A DNA stretch of 64,000 nucleotides. Origin: Rhynchopus sp. YZ270_cl-10. Taxonomy: Eukaryota. Shown one piece after another: positions 45,799-58,095 of this stretch. Numbering within the stretch: position 1 is the stretch's first letter; every line of letters begins with the position of its first letter. The notes below the pieces were generated by a model. The model worked only from the letters and a program-made list of their open reading frames with translations. It searched no databases and was not told where the DNA came from. The stretch spans positions 682,001 through 746,000 of the forward strand of contig OZ037833.1 in assembly GCA_964035575.1 (NCBI GenBank), in the 5' to 3' direction. Both the position numbers and the translations under genes were made by a program.

Positions 45799-46669
45799 GA
45801 AGGTCAAACCGTCCTGTAGCACAGCATGTGTCCCTCTCTGACGCATGAGTTGCGGGAACTCCGTCTGCAGCTGCAGGCGATTCACAATACAGTGCGGGCA
45901 AAACAGAACAGAAGCTACTTGTTCCCCCTGTCGTGAGGAAGACAGGGGCAGGAAGCTCGAACATAACTAAAAGAGGGGGGAAAGGGGGTCTTGTCTTTTT
46001 TTTATTATTATTTGCAGTGTGCCGACCATGACCATCACCATCACAATGCCACCCAAAGTCCAGGGCGCTTTTATCCAATAGAAAAAAGAAAAAAGAAAAC
46101 AGAAAAAAAGAAAGTGGAGTATGCGTTTTGTATCTGGACATTTAAAAAGGATCTGCTCCACCAATAAGACGGAGCAGCTCAACCACCGACTGGCAGTTTT
46201 CCAAATTTCAAAATGGGGCGACCAAGCTATGATTCTGGACATGTCGGGAAAATAGAGAAAACTTCAATAGATGAAATGTGCATTTCTTTCGTGCACACAC
46301 ATCCAAAGAATCGTGGCTAAGGGGGGCGGGGGCGGGGGGGGAACACCACTGACTGGTGGCTGCGCACAAATGGGGTTGGGGAGAAGGGTTTTAGTAAGCA
46401 CCGGCACAACTGCCCAAAGTGAAGGGAGGTGTACGAACAATGCGGAATGCGGAATGGACCGAAGACCACTTTGTTTCATGCGCAAACACTTGAATGAGAA
46501 CAGAAACGTGGGGAGAGCGAAGTCTCGCCTGCACGTACGTCTTTACGTTGTTAGCATTAGTAAAAATGTTTTTTTGGTTCTCTGGGGAAAAGAGGAAAAA
46601 GGGGAAATATGGGGAAATAGGGAAAGACCACCGACTGGCGGTTCACTTATCAGGGTTCATCATGGATCA

Positions 46670-47608
46670 CTACTTGTTCAGGCTCATGAGCTCGTCGTTG
46701 TTTCTCTTGCTCTTGGACATGTAGAGGACACCGCACACAACAGCAGCAACCACGACAAGACCACCCACGGCGATGGCAGCAATGACACCCGCACTGAGGG
46801 AGCTGCTGCCGCTGTCCGATGTAGCGGGCCCGGACCAGGAGAAGGAGGAACCCGGCTGGCCGCTGATGACGAGGATCTTGCCCTTCTCGCACTGCGAGGC
46901 GAACGTGACTGTGCCTTGTGCTGCGGAGGCGGCTGTGTAGACTACGTTCGACGAGACGGCGTCCACTTCCCCTGCGGTGACCGTGAAGTGCACCGCCTCA
47001 CTCGCACCGCAGTGCATCACACCCATGTAGAAGTCCATCAGCTTGCTCCCCACTGTGACAGAGCCGGTCGAGCCTGCGGACACCGGCTTGAGCGGCGCGG
47101 CAGCTTTGTCAATTGCATCCTCCGACAACTCAAGGCTGACGCCGGCAGGGCCAGACTTTGGCACGTAGCGTGTGAAGACACGCATGCTGTACGAAAACAC
47201 TGGGGACGGGTCCGTCCATACCGGCGCACTCACCTGGAAGTACATGTCCGCACCAGGCGCGTACTCGGAGCCAACTGCAACAATGAGGACAGTGTCGTTC
47301 GTCGGGTCCACCGTCATCGGCTGCCCCACCGTATCATCCGTGTACAGCGTCAGGTTGAACGCAGGGATCTTATCCACTCCAGCGGGTGCGGTCAGGTTCA
47401 GCACCACGTGCTGCAGGTACGTCGTCTGCGTGTCCGCAATGTCCCCCGACACCATCGACACCAGGTCGCCCACATCCAGCTGGATGCTCGGGTTCGAGGA
47501 GTTGATGTTAAAGCCAGTTGTCACCTCGGAGAGCACGTCTACCCCCGGGGGCAGTGGCGCTGTGCTGGCAGCAGACTGTGTTGCGAGTAGGGCCAAGAGA
47601 AACGCCAT
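46670..47608 (-). CDS. Predicted type I membrane/surface protein (312 aa), array copy 1
   Basis: Signal peptide MAFLLALLATQSA, beta-rich ectodomain with N-x-S/T sites, Ser-rich stalk, TM (AGVIAAIAVGGLVVVAAVVCGVLY) and short basic tail. Confidence 0.8.
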   Translation of the reverse strand: MAFLLALLATQSAASTAPLPPGVDVLSEVTTGFNINSSNPSIQLDVGDLVSMVSGDIADTQTTYLQHVVLNLTAPAGVDKIPAFNLTLYTDDTVGQPMTVDPTNDTVLIVAVGSEYAPGADMYFQVSAPVWTDPSPVFSYSMRVFTRYVPKSGPAGVSLELSEDAIDKAAAPLKPVSAGSTGSVTVGSKLMDFYMGVMHCGASEAVHFTVTAGEVDAVSSNVVYTAASAAQGTVTFASQCEKGKILVISGQPGSSFSWSGPATSDSGSSSLSAGVIAAIAVGGLVVVAAVVCGVLYMSKSKRNNDELMSLNK

Positions 47609-48593
47609 TTTCTTTTGAAGGGTGTGCGGTGCTTCTGTTTGTGTTTGTGTTTGTGTTTGTGCTGCAAATACCTGTGGGTGTGGGTGTGGGTGTGGAAAGG
47701 GGGAAAGGGGAACTTTGCGCAAAGCGGTGTTCCTTTGGCTGCCTGCACACATGGTGGAGGGTAAAGAAACAGAGTAGCATCTGGAGTGGGTGAGTGCTGA
47801 CAACCACGCTACGCTGCCTTCTCGCACTAATGCGTACCAGCACAGAACGGACGAAGCCGCAAAACAGGCTGGTTAATAATAATGATTCGCTATGAAGCAA
47901 CAGTGTGGAAGAGGCACAGACAAGAGAGTAGGTAGGGAGGTGGGGTGGGTGGGGTAGGGTGGGTGGTGTTCGTTTTTGTTTGTTCGTCGGCAAGAAGATG
48001 TCTTGTTACGGAAGAGACGACCATACCGGTATCCACGCCTTTGCATCCTTTGTTTTTCAAATCAATCCAGCATACACTGGACTGGGTCGGTTGTGCAAAA
48101 GATTGGAAACACATAATAAAAGGTGGACATGTGAAAGACATGCGGACACAGGCATCGATCGGAGACAAAAGGTAAAGTAGAGCGTGTGCACGTGAAACAG
48201 CACTACTGTCGCAGGTGACTGGTTCGCCACCGTTGACGAGTAACCATTTCAAAAAAGACCACACAAAGAAGGGTTGAGCGATGAGTGTAGGGTACCTTAC
48301 TGGCGTGCACACACATCTTTGAAAGAAAAGACAAGAAGAAGTCTGTGAACAAAAGAAAGAAGTTGTTGTAAGTTATTGAAAAGAGAAAGTGCTGCTGCCC
48401 TCGCGGGCTTTTGTTGCAAGTATTTTTTTTTCCTCGCGGAAATGCATTTTTCCTCATGTTGTTGTTGACATGCAAACAGATATGCAAAACTCAAGTAAAT
48501 GAGTTATGTGTGGACACCGCTCGCATACTAACACAGCACACACACACACGCACACATGCATACATACATACATACACACACAGTGCTCTGTGC

Positions 48594-49901
48594 TCACGCA
48601 AAGTACTCCACATTCGCCTGTTCCACCATTCCCTGGGAAAACGTATGGGCGAAACCCAGGTCCACGTTGCTGAACTTGTTGTTCCAAACATGCACAGCAG
48701 GGCTGGTCGCATCAAACACCCAGCCAGTCACGCCGAACCCCTTCACGTACTTGAGGTCGTTGTCCTCGAGGCGGAGTGGCGTCTTTGTGTCCCCTGTGCG
48801 GACGTAGATGGCGTGCTCCCCCACATGCGAGACTGTGTTGTGCGACACCACCTGTGCGTACGACGACTCTGGGGCAACAGGAAGTGCGTCAATCGGCCCT
48901 GTGGGGGTGCGGGCAGCGCTGTAGAGCGGTGTCTGGTGCATGATGATGCCGTTGCCGGGGCCGTCGTGCACAACGTTGTTTGCGACGTGCACACGCCCGT
49001 GGCCCACCTGGATGCCGTTGTCGTGGTCTGTCACACCAGCGGAGTTCACGAGGGCCGGGCCCGGGTGGTAGCCAAAGTGCTCAACCACGTTGTTGTGCAC
49101 ACTGCCCGAAATGACCCCCGCAAGCTGGATGCCGTCGGCACCTGTGTCGTAGAGGACGTTGTTGTAGATCTGCACGTTCTCAAGCAGGTGTGGGAAGAGC
49201 AGCTCGCCAGGGCAGGCGTAGTGCTCAATGCCGTTCACCGCGTAGTGGCCGATGTACATCCCCTCCCCGTCCACAATGTGCTCAATCAGGTTGTCGTGGA
49301 TCAGCAGGTTGCGCATCACAAACTTCGTCCGCAGCATCTCCCCACTGCACGTCGGGTCCGTCTTCGTCTTGATGCCGTGCTCCATAGCGTGCTGGATGTG
49401 CAGGTGGTCCACCTCCACATCGGAGCTCAACGCACGGATCGTCACTGCGCCGTTTGCAACAATGGCGTGCTTTGCAAATGTGACACCCCCACCCGTCACG
49501 CGGAAGTGCTGGGAGTCAAGCACGCTGATGGCTCCCCCTGTGTTGAGGGTCACAGTGCTGCCGTCAGCGTTCGTGCGTTCCTGTGTGTAAGCGCTGGCGA
49601 GCGAGACCACACCGCCACAGGCACGCAACGTCACAACCTTCTCCTCAGTGCCCTTCACACCCTCGACCATGATGCTGCTGCGGGCACCAGGTTCAAAGCA
49701 CAGCACATCCCCAGGCTGGATCAACGCCGTCCCAAACTTGTAGTAATACGGAAACGGGGCGCCGCCCGCAATCTTCGAGTACGCAGGGTTCACGACAAAG
49801 GTGCAGCCGCAGGAGGCAATCTGTTCGTCTGTGAGAACACTCGCTCCGGAGGTGGTCCCTGCCAAGGCAGCGACACAGGCAAGCAGCATGGGCACACGCA
49901 T
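48594..49901 (-). CDS. Secreted right-handed parallel beta-helix (pectin-lyase-like fold) protein, array copy 1
   Basis: Signal peptide MRVPMLLACVAALAG; repeated beta-helix turns (IHDNLIEH..GEGMYIG, IYNNVLYDTGADGIQL, VANNVVHDGPGNGI, VSHNTV). Confidence 0.85.
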   Translation of the reverse strand: MRVPMLLACVAALAGTTSGASVLTDEQIASCGCTFVVNPAYSKIAGGAPFPYYYKFGTALIQPGDVLCFEPGARSSIMVEGVKGTEEKVVTLRACGGVVSLASAYTQERTNADGSTVTLNTGGAISVLDSQHFRVTGGGVTFAKHAIVANGAVTIRALSSDVEVDHLHIQHAMEHGIKTKTDPTCSGEMLRTKFVMRNLLIHDNLIEHIVDGEGMYIGHYAVNGIEHYACPGELLFPHLLENVQIYNNVLYDTGADGIQLAGVISGSVHNNVVEHFGYHPGPALVNSAGVTDHDNGIQVGHGRVHVANNVVHDGPGNGIIMHQTPLYSAARTPTGPIDALPVAPESSYAQVVSHNTVSHVGEHAIYVRTGDTKTPLRLEDNDLKYVKGFGVTGWVFDATSPAVHVWNNKFSNVDLGFAHTFSQGMVEQANVEYFA

Positions 49902-50766
49902 AGTGAAAGGTGTAACGAATAGAAGAGTATTCTGTGGAGTGGTGTAGTCTTTCTTCTCTTCCCCGCAACGGAGAGGTGCTGTCTGTGCCTCCCGACTCTT
50001 AGCCATAGCCGACGCAGCGCTTCTGTGTCATGAGGAAGACAGGGGCAGGAAGCTCGAACATAACTAAAAGAGGGGGGAAAGGGGGTCTTGTCTTTTTTTT
50101 ATTATTATTTGCAGTGTGCCGACCATGACCATCACCATCACAACGCCACCCAAAGTCCAGGGCGCTTTTATCCAATAGAAAAAAGAAAAAAGAAAACAGA
50201 AAAAAAGAAAGTGGAGTATGCGTTTTGTATCTGGACATTTAAAAAGGATCTGCTCCACCAATAAGACGGAGCAGCTCAACCACCGACTGGCAGTTTTCCA
50301 AATTTCAAAATGGGGCGACCAAGCTATGATTCTGGACATGTCGGGAAAATAGAGAAAACTTCAATAGATGAAATGTGCATTTCTTTCGTGCACACACATC
50401 CAAAGAATCGTGGCTAAGGGGGGCGGGGGCGGGGGGGGAACACCACTGACTGGTGGCTGCGCACAAATGGGGTTGGGGAGAAGGGTTTTAGTAAGCACCG
50501 GCACAACTGCCCAAAGTGAAGGGAGGTGTACGAACAATGCGGAATGCGGAATGGACCGAAGACCACTTTGTTTCATGCGCAAACACTTGAATGAGAACAG
50601 AAACGTGGGGAGAGCGAAGTCTCGCCTGCACGTACGTCTTTACGTTGTTAGCATTAGTAAAAATGTTTTTTTGGTTCTCTGGGGAAAAGAGGAAAAAGGG
50701 GAAATATGGGGAAATAGGGAAAGACCACCGACTGGCGGTTCACTTATCAGGGTTCATCATGGATCA

Positions 50767-51705
50767 CTACTTGTTCAGGCTCATGAGCTCGTCGTTGTTT
50801 CTCTTGCTCTTGGACATGTAGAGGACACCGCACACAACAGCAGCAACCACGACAAGACCACCCACGGCGATGGCAGCAATGACACCCGCACTGAGGGAGC
50901 TGCTGCCGCTGTCCGATGTAGCGGGCCCGGACCAGGAGAAGGAGGAACCCGGCTGGCCGCTGATGACGAGGATCTTGCCCTTCTCGCACTGCGAGGCGAA
51001 CGTGACTGTGCCTTGTGCTGCGGAGGCGGCTGTGTAGACTACGTTCGACGAGACGGCGTCCACTTCCCCTGCGGTGACCGTGAAGTGCACCGCCTCACTC
51101 GCACCGCAGTGCATCACACCCATGTAGAAGTCCATCAGCTTGCTCCCCACTGTGACAGAGCCGGTCGAGCCTGCGGACACCGGCTTGAGCGGCGCGGCAG
51201 CTTTGTCAATTGCATCCTCCGACAACTCAAGGCTGACGCCGGCAGGGCCAGACTTTGGCACGTAGCGTGTGAAGACACGCATGCTGTACGAAAACACTGG
51301 GGACGGGTCCGTCCATACCGGCGCACTCACCTGGAAGTACATGTCCGCACCAGGCGCGTACTCGGAGCCAACTGCAACAATGAGGACAGTGTCGTTCGTC
51401 GGGTCCACCGTCATCGGCTGCCCCACCGTATCATCCGTGTACAGCGTCAGGTTGAACGCAGGGATCTTATCCACTCCAGCGGGTGCGGTCAGGTTCAGCA
51501 CCACGTGCTGCAGGTACGTCGTCTGCGTGTCCGCAATGTCCCCCGACACCATCGACACCAGGTCGCCCACATCCAGCTGGATGCTCGGGTTCGAGGAGTT
51601 GATGTTAAAGCCAGTTGTCACCTCGGAGAGCACGTCTACCCCCGGGGGCAGTGGCGCTGTGCTGGCAGCAGACTGTGTTGCGAGTAGGGCCAAGAGAAAC
51701 GCCAT
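50767..51705 (-). CDS. Type I membrane protein, array copy 2
   Basis: Identical translation to 46670-47608. Confidence 0.8.
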   Translation of the reverse strand: MAFLLALLATQSAASTAPLPPGVDVLSEVTTGFNINSSNPSIQLDVGDLVSMVSGDIADTQTTYLQHVVLNLTAPAGVDKIPAFNLTLYTDDTVGQPMTVDPTNDTVLIVAVGSEYAPGADMYFQVSAPVWTDPSPVFSYSMRVFTRYVPKSGPAGVSLELSEDAIDKAAAPLKPVSAGSTGSVTVGSKLMDFYMGVMHCGASEAVHFTVTAGEVDAVSSNVVYTAASAAQGTVTFASQCEKGKILVISGQPGSSFSWSGPATSDSGSSSLSAGVIAAIAVGGLVVVAAVVCGVLYMSKSKRNNDELMSLNK

Positions 51706-52690
51706 TTTCTTTTGAAGGGTGTGCGGTGCTTCTGTTTGTGTTTGTGTTTGTGTTTGTGCTGCAAATACCTGTGGGTGTGGGTGTGGGTGTGGAAAGGGGG
51801 AAAGGGGAACTTTGCGCAAAGCGGTGTTCCTTTGGCTGCCTGCACACATGGTGGAGGGTAAAGAAACAGAGTAGCATCTGGAGTGGGTGAGTGCTGACAA
51901 CCACGCTACGCTGCCTTCTCGCACTAATGCGTACCAGCACAGAACGGACGAAGCCGCAAAACAGGCTGGTTAATAATAATGATTCGCTATGAAGCAACAG
52001 TGTGGAAGAGGCACAGACAAGAGAGTAGGTAGGGAGGTGGGGTGGGTGGGGTAGGGTGGGTGGTGTTCGTTTTTGTTTGTTCGTCGGCAAGAAGATGTCT
52101 TGTTACGGAAGAGACGACCATACCGGTATCCACGCCTTTGCATCCTTTGTTTTTCAAATCAATCCAGCATACACTGGACTGGGTCGGTTGTGCAAAAGAT
52201 TGGAAACACATAATAAAAGGTGGACATGTGAAAGACATGCGGACACAGGCATCGATCGGAGACAAAAGGTAAAGTAGAGCGTGTGCACGTGAAACAGCAC
52301 TACTGTCGCAGGTGACTGGTTCGCCACCGTTGACGAGTAACCATTTCAAAAAAGACCACACAAAGAAGGGTTGAGCGATGAGTGTAGGGTACCTTACTGG
52401 CGTGCACACACATCTTTGAAAGAAAAGACAAGAAGAAGTCTGTGAACAAAAGAAAGAAGTTGTTGTAAGTTATTGAAAAGAGAAAGTGCTGCTGCCCTCG
52501 CGGGCTTTTGTTGCAAGTATTTTTTTTTCCTCGCGGAAATGCATTTTTCCTCATGTTGTTGTTGACATGCAAACAGATATGCAAAACTCAAGTAAATGAG
52601 TTATGTGTGGACACCGCTCGCATACTAACACAGCACACACACACACGCACACATGCATACATACATACATACACACACAGTGCTCTGTGC

Positions 52691-53998
52691 TCACGCAAAG
52701 TACTCCACATTCGCCTGTTCCACCATTCCCTGGGAAAACGTATGGGCGAAACCCAGGTCCACGTTGCTGAACTTGTTGTTCCAAACATGCACAGCAGGGC
52801 TGGTCGCATCAAACACCCAGCCAGTCACGCCGAACCCCTTCACGTACTTGAGGTCGTTGTCCTCGAGGCGGAGTGGCGTCTTTGTGTCCCCTGTGCGGAC
52901 GTAGATGGCGTGCTCCCCCACATGCGAGACTGTGTTGTGCGACACCACCTGTGCGTACGACGACTCTGGGGCAACAGGAAGTGCGTCAATCGGCCCTGTG
53001 GGGGTGCGGGCAGCGCTGTAGAGCGGTGTCTGGTGCATGATGATGCCGTTGCCGGGGCCGTCGTGCACAACGTTGTTTGCGACGTGCACACGCCCGTGGC
53101 CCACCTGGATGCCGTTGTCGTGGTCTGTCACACCAGCGGAGTTCACGAGGGCCGGGCCCGGGTGGTAGCCAAAGTGCTCAACCACGTTGTTGTGCACACT
53201 GCCCGAAATGACCCCCGCAAGCTGGATGCCGTCGGCACCTGTGTCGTAGAGGACGTTGTTGTAGATCTGCACGTTCTCAAGCAGGTGTGGGAAGAGCAGC
53301 TCGCCAGGGCAGGCGTAGTGCTCAATGCCGTTCACCGCGTAGTGGCCGATGTACATCCCCTCCCCGTCCACAATGTGCTCAATCAGGTTGTCGTGGATCA
53401 GCAGGTTGCGCATCACAAACTTCGTCCGCAGCATCTCCCCACTGCACGTCGGGTCCGTCTTCGTCTTGATGCCGTGCTCCATAGCGTGCTGGATGTGCAG
53501 GTGGTCCACCTCCACATCGGAGCTCAACGCACGGATCGTCACTGCGCCGTTTGCAACAATGGCGTGCTTTGCAAATGTGACACCCCCACCCGTCACGCGG
53601 AAGTGCTGGGAGTCAAGCACGCTGATGGCTCCCCCTGTGTTGAGGGTCACAGTGCTGCCGTCAGCGTTCGTGCGTTCCTGTGTGTAAGCGCTGGCGAGCG
53701 AGACCACACCGCCACAGGCACGCAACGTCACAACCTTCTCCTCAGTGCCCTTCACACCCTCGACCATGATGCTGCTGCGGGCACCAGGTTCAAAGCACAG
53801 CACATCCCCAGGCTGGATCAACGCCGTCCCAAACTTGTAGTAATACGGAAACGGGGCGCCGCCCGCAATCTTCGAGTACGCAGGGTTCACGACAAAGGTG
53901 CAGCCGCAGGAGGCAATCTGTTCGTCTGTGAGAACACTCGCTCCGGAGGTGGTCCCTGCCAAGGCAGCGACACAGGCAAGCAGCATGGGCACACGCAT
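52691..53998 (-). CDS. Secreted beta-helix protein, array copy 2
   Basis: Identical translation to 48594-49901. Confidence 0.85.
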   Translation of the reverse strand: MRVPMLLACVAALAGTTSGASVLTDEQIASCGCTFVVNPAYSKIAGGAPFPYYYKFGTALIQPGDVLCFEPGARSSIMVEGVKGTEEKVVTLRACGGVVSLASAYTQERTNADGSTVTLNTGGAISVLDSQHFRVTGGGVTFAKHAIVANGAVTIRALSSDVEVDHLHIQHAMEHGIKTKTDPTCSGEMLRTKFVMRNLLIHDNLIEHIVDGEGMYIGHYAVNGIEHYACPGELLFPHLLENVQIYNNVLYDTGADGIQLAGVISGSVHNNVVEHFGYHPGPALVNSAGVTDHDNGIQVGHGRVHVANNVVHDGPGNGIIMHQTPLYSAARTPTGPIDALPVAPESSYAQVVSHNTVSHVGEHAIYVRTGDTKTPLRLEDNDLKYVKGFGVTGWVFDATSPAVHVWNNKFSNVDLGFAHTFSQGMVEQANVEYFA

Positions 53999-54863
53999 AG
54001 TGAAAGGTGTAACGAATAGAAGAGTATTCTGTGGAGTGGTGTAGTCTTTCTTCTCTTCCCCGCAACGGAGAGGTGCTGTCTGTGCCTCCCGACTCTTAGC
54101 CATAGCCGACGCAGCGCTTCTGTGTCATGAGGAAGACAGGGGCAGGAAGCTCGAACATAACTAAAAGAGGGGGGAAAGGGGGTCTTGTCTTTTTTTTATT
54201 ATTATTTGCAGTGTGCCGACCATGACCATCACCATCACAACGCCACCCAAAGTCCAGGGCGCTTTTATCCAATAGAAAAAAGAAAAAAGAAAACAGAAAA
54301 AAAGAAAGTGGAGTATGCGTTTTGTATCTGGACATTTAAAAAGGATCTGCTCCACCAATAAGACGGAGCAGCTCAACCACCGACTGGCAGTTTTCCAAAT
54401 TTCAAAATGGGGCGACCAAGCTATGATTCTGGACATGTCGGGAAAATAGAGAAAACTTCAATAGATGAAATGTGCATTTCTTTCGTGCACACACATCCAA
54501 AGAATCGTGGCTAAGGGGGGCGGGGGCGGGGGGGGAACACCACTGACTGGTGGCTGCGCACAAATGGGGTTGGGGAGAAGGGTTTTAGTAAGCACCGGCA
54601 CAACTGCCCAAAGTGAAGGGAGGTGTACGAACAATGCGGAATGCGGAATGGACCGAAGACCACTTTGTTTCATGCGCAAACACTTGAATGAGAACAGAAA
54701 CGTGGGGAGAGCGAAGTCTCGCCTGCACGTACGTCTTTACGTTGTTAGCATTAGTAAAAATGTTTTTTTGGTTCTCTGGGGAAAAGAGGAAAAAGGGGAA
54801 ATATGGGGAAATAGGGAAAGACCACCGACTGGCGGTTCACTTATCAGGGTTCATCATGGATCA

Positions 54864-55802
54864 CTACTTGTTCAGGCTCATGAGCTCGTCGTTGTTTCTC
54901 TTGCTCTTGGACATGTAGAGGACACCGCACACAACAGCAGCAACCACGACAAGACCACCCACGGCGATGGCAGCAATGACACCCGCACTGAGGGAGCTGC
55001 TGCCGCTGTCCGATGTAGCGGGCCCGGACCAGGAGAAGGAGGAACCCGGCTGGCCGCTGATGACGAGGATCTTGCCCTTCTCGCACTGCGAGGCGAACGT
55101 GACTGTGCCTTGTGCTGCGGAGGCGGCTGTGTAGACTACGTTCGACGAGACGGCGTCCACTTCCCCTGCGGTGACCGTGAAGTGCACCGCCTCACTCGCA
55201 CCGCAGTGCATCACACCCATGTAGAAGTCCATCAGCTTGCTCCCCACTGTGACAGAGCCGGTCGAGCCTGCGGACACCGGCTTGAGCGGCGCGGCAGCTT
55301 TGTCAATTGCATCCTCCGACAACTCAAGGCTGACGCCGGCAGGGCCAGACTTTGGCACGTAGCGTGTGAAGACACGCATGCTGTACGAAAACACTGGGGA
55401 CGGGTCCGTCCATACCGGCGCACTCACCTGGAAGTACATGTCCGCACCAGGCGCGTACTCGGAGCCAACTGCAACAATGAGGACAGTGTCGTTCGTCGGG
55501 TCCACCGTCATCGGCTGCCCCACCGTATCATCCGTGTACAGCGTCAGGTTGAACGCAGGGATCTTATCCACTCCAGCGGGTGCGGTCAGGTTCAGCACCA
55601 CGTGCTGCAGGTACGTCGTCTGCGTGTCCGCAATGTCCCCCGACACCATCGACACCAGGTCGCCCACATCCAGCTGGATGCTCGGGTTCGAGGAGTTGAT
55701 GTTAAAGCCAGTTGTCACCTCGGAGAGCACGTCTACCCCCGGGGGCAGTGGCGCTGTGCTGGCAGCAGACTGTGTTGCGAGTAGGGCCAAGAGAAACGCC
55801 AT
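54864..55802 (-). CDS. Type I membrane protein, array copy 3
   Basis: Identical translation. Confidence 0.8.
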   Translation of the reverse strand: MAFLLALLATQSAASTAPLPPGVDVLSEVTTGFNINSSNPSIQLDVGDLVSMVSGDIADTQTTYLQHVVLNLTAPAGVDKIPAFNLTLYTDDTVGQPMTVDPTNDTVLIVAVGSEYAPGADMYFQVSAPVWTDPSPVFSYSMRVFTRYVPKSGPAGVSLELSEDAIDKAAAPLKPVSAGSTGSVTVGSKLMDFYMGVMHCGASEAVHFTVTAGEVDAVSSNVVYTAASAAQGTVTFASQCEKGKILVISGQPGSSFSWSGPATSDSGSSSLSAGVIAAIAVGGLVVVAAVVCGVLYMSKSKRNNDELMSLNK

Positions 55803-56787
55803 TTTCTTTTGAAGGGTGTGCGGTGCTTCTGTTTGTGTTTGTGTTTGTGTTTGTGCTGCAAATACCTGTGGGTGTGGGTGTGGGTGTGGAAAGGGGGAAA
55901 GGGGAACTTTGCGCAAAGCGGTGTTCCTTTGGCTGCCTGCACACATGGTGGAGGGTAAAGAAACAGAGTAGCATCTGGAGTGGGTGAGTGCTGACAACCA
56001 CGCTACGCTGCCTTCTCGCACTAATGCGTACCAGCACAGAACGGACGAAGCCGCAAAACAGGCTGGTTAATAATAATGATTCGCTATGAAGCAACAGTGT
56101 GGAAGAGGCACAGACAAGAGAGTAGGTAGGGAGGTGGGGTGGGTGGGGTAGGGTGGGTGGTGTTCGTTTTTGTTTGTTCGTCGGCAAGAAGATGTCTTGT
56201 TACGGAAGAGACGACCATACCGGTATCCACGCCTTTGCATCCTTTGTTTTTCAAATCAATCCAGCATACACTGGACTGGGTCGGTTGTGCAAAAGATTGG
56301 AAACACATAATAAAAGGTGGACATGTGAAAGACATGCGGACACAGGCATCGATCGGAGACAAAAGGTAAAGTAGAGCGTGTGCACGTGAAACAGCACTAC
56401 TGTCGCAGGTGACTGGTTCGCCACCGTTGACGAGTAACCATTTCAAAAAAGACCACACAAAGAAGGGTTGAGCGATGAGTGTAGGGTACCTTACTGGCGT
56501 GCACACACATCTTTGAAAGAAAAGACAAGAAGAAGTCTGTGAACAAAAGAAAGAAGTTGTTGTAAGTTATTGAAAAGAGAAAGTGCTGCTGCCCTCGCGG
56601 GCTTTTGTTGCAAGTATTTTTTTTTCCTCGCGGAAATGCATTTTTCCTCATGTTGTTGTTGACATGCAAACAGATATGCAAAACTCAAGTAAATGAGTTA
56701 TGTGTGGACACCGCTCGCATACTAACACAGCACACACACACACGCACACATGCATACATACATACATACACACACAGTGCTCTGTGC

Positions 56788-58095
56788 TCACGCAAAGTAC
56801 TCCACATTCGCCTGTTCCACCATTCCCTGGGAAAACGTATGGGCGAAACCCAGGTCCACGTTGCTGAACTTGTTGTTCCAAACATGCACAGCAGGGCTGG
56901 TCGCATCAAACACCCAGCCAGTCACGCCGAACCCCTTCACGTACTTGAGGTCGTTGTCCTCGAGGCGGAGTGGCGTCTTTGTGTCCCCTGTGCGGACGTA
57001 GATGGCGTGCTCCCCCACATGCGAGACTGTGTTGTGCGACACCACCTGTGCGTACGACGACTCTGGGGCAACAGGAAGTGCGTCAATCGGCCCTGTGGGG
57101 GTGCGGGCAGCGCTGTAGAGCGGTGTCTGGTGCATGATGATGCCGTTGCCGGGGCCGTCGTGCACAACGTTGTTTGCGACGTGCACACGCCCGTGGCCCA
57201 CCTGGATGCCGTTGTCGTGGTCTGTCACACCAGCGGAGTTCACGAGGGCCGGGCCCGGGTGGTAGCCAAAGTGCTCAACCACGTTGTTGTGCACACTGCC
57301 CGAAATGACCCCCGCAAGCTGGATGCCGTCGGCACCTGTGTCGTAGAGGACGTTGTTGTAGATCTGCACGTTCTCAAGCAGGTGTGGGAAGAGCAGCTCG
57401 CCAGGGCAGGCGTAGTGCTCAATGCCGTTCACCGCGTAGTGGCCGATGTACATCCCCTCCCCGTCCACAATGTGCTCAATCAGGTTGTCGTGGATCAGCA
57501 GGTTGCGCATCACAAACTTCGTCCGCAGCATCTCCCCACTGCACGTCGGGTCCGTCTTCGTCTTGATGCCGTGCTCCATAGCGTGCTGGATGTGCAGGTG
57601 GTCCACCTCCACATCGGAGCTCAACGCACGGATCGTCACTGCGCCGTTTGCAACAATGGCGTGCTTTGCAAATGTGACACCCCCACCCGTCACGCGGAAG
57701 TGCTGGGAGTCAAGCACGCTGATGGCTCCCCCTGTGTTGAGGGTCACAGTGCTGCCGTCAGCGTTCGTGCGTTCCTGTGTGTAAGCGCTGGCGAGCGAGA
57801 CCACACCGCCACAGGCACGCAACGTCACAACCTTCTCCTCAGTGCCCTTCACACCCTCGACCATGATGCTGCTGCGGGCACCAGGTTCAAAGCACAGCAC
57901 ATCCCCAGGCTGGATCAACGCCGTCCCAAACTTGTAGTAATACGGAAACGGGGCGCCGCCCGCAATCTTCGAGTACGCAGGGTTCACGACAAAGGTGCAG
58001 CCGCAGGAGGCAATCTGTTCGTCTGTGAGAACACTCGCTCCGGAGGTGGTCCCTGCCAAGGCAGCGACACAGGCAAGCAGCATGGGCACACGCAT
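56788..58095 (-). CDS. Secreted beta-helix protein, array copy 3
   Basis: Identical translation. Confidence 0.85.
   Translation of the reverse strand: MRVPMLLACVAALAGTTSGASVLTDEQIASCGCTFVVNPAYSKIAGGAPFPYYYKFGTALIQPGDVLCFEPGARSSIMVEGVKGTEEKVVTLRACGGVVSLASAYTQERTNADGSTVTLNTGGAISVLDSQHFRVTGGGVTFAKHAIVANGAVTIRALSSDVEVDHLHIQHAMEHGIKTKTDPTCSGEMLRTKFVMRNLLIHDNLIEHIVDGEGMYIGHYAVNGIEHYACPGELLFPHLLENVQIYNNVLYDTGADGIQLAGVISGSVHNNVVEHFGYHPGPALVNSAGVTDHDNGIQVGHGRVHVANNVVHDGPGNGIIMHQTPLYSAARTPTGPIDALPVAPESSYAQVVSHNTVSHVGEHAIYVRTGDTKTPLRLEDNDLKYVKGFGVTGWVFDATSPAVHVWNNKFSNVDLGFAHTFSQGMVEQANVEYFA

Noticed and set aside
46271..49922. 439-aa and 503-aa plus-strand ORFs in each array unit
   Set aside because: Antisense to well-formed minus-strand genes with signal peptides; no recognisable domains.
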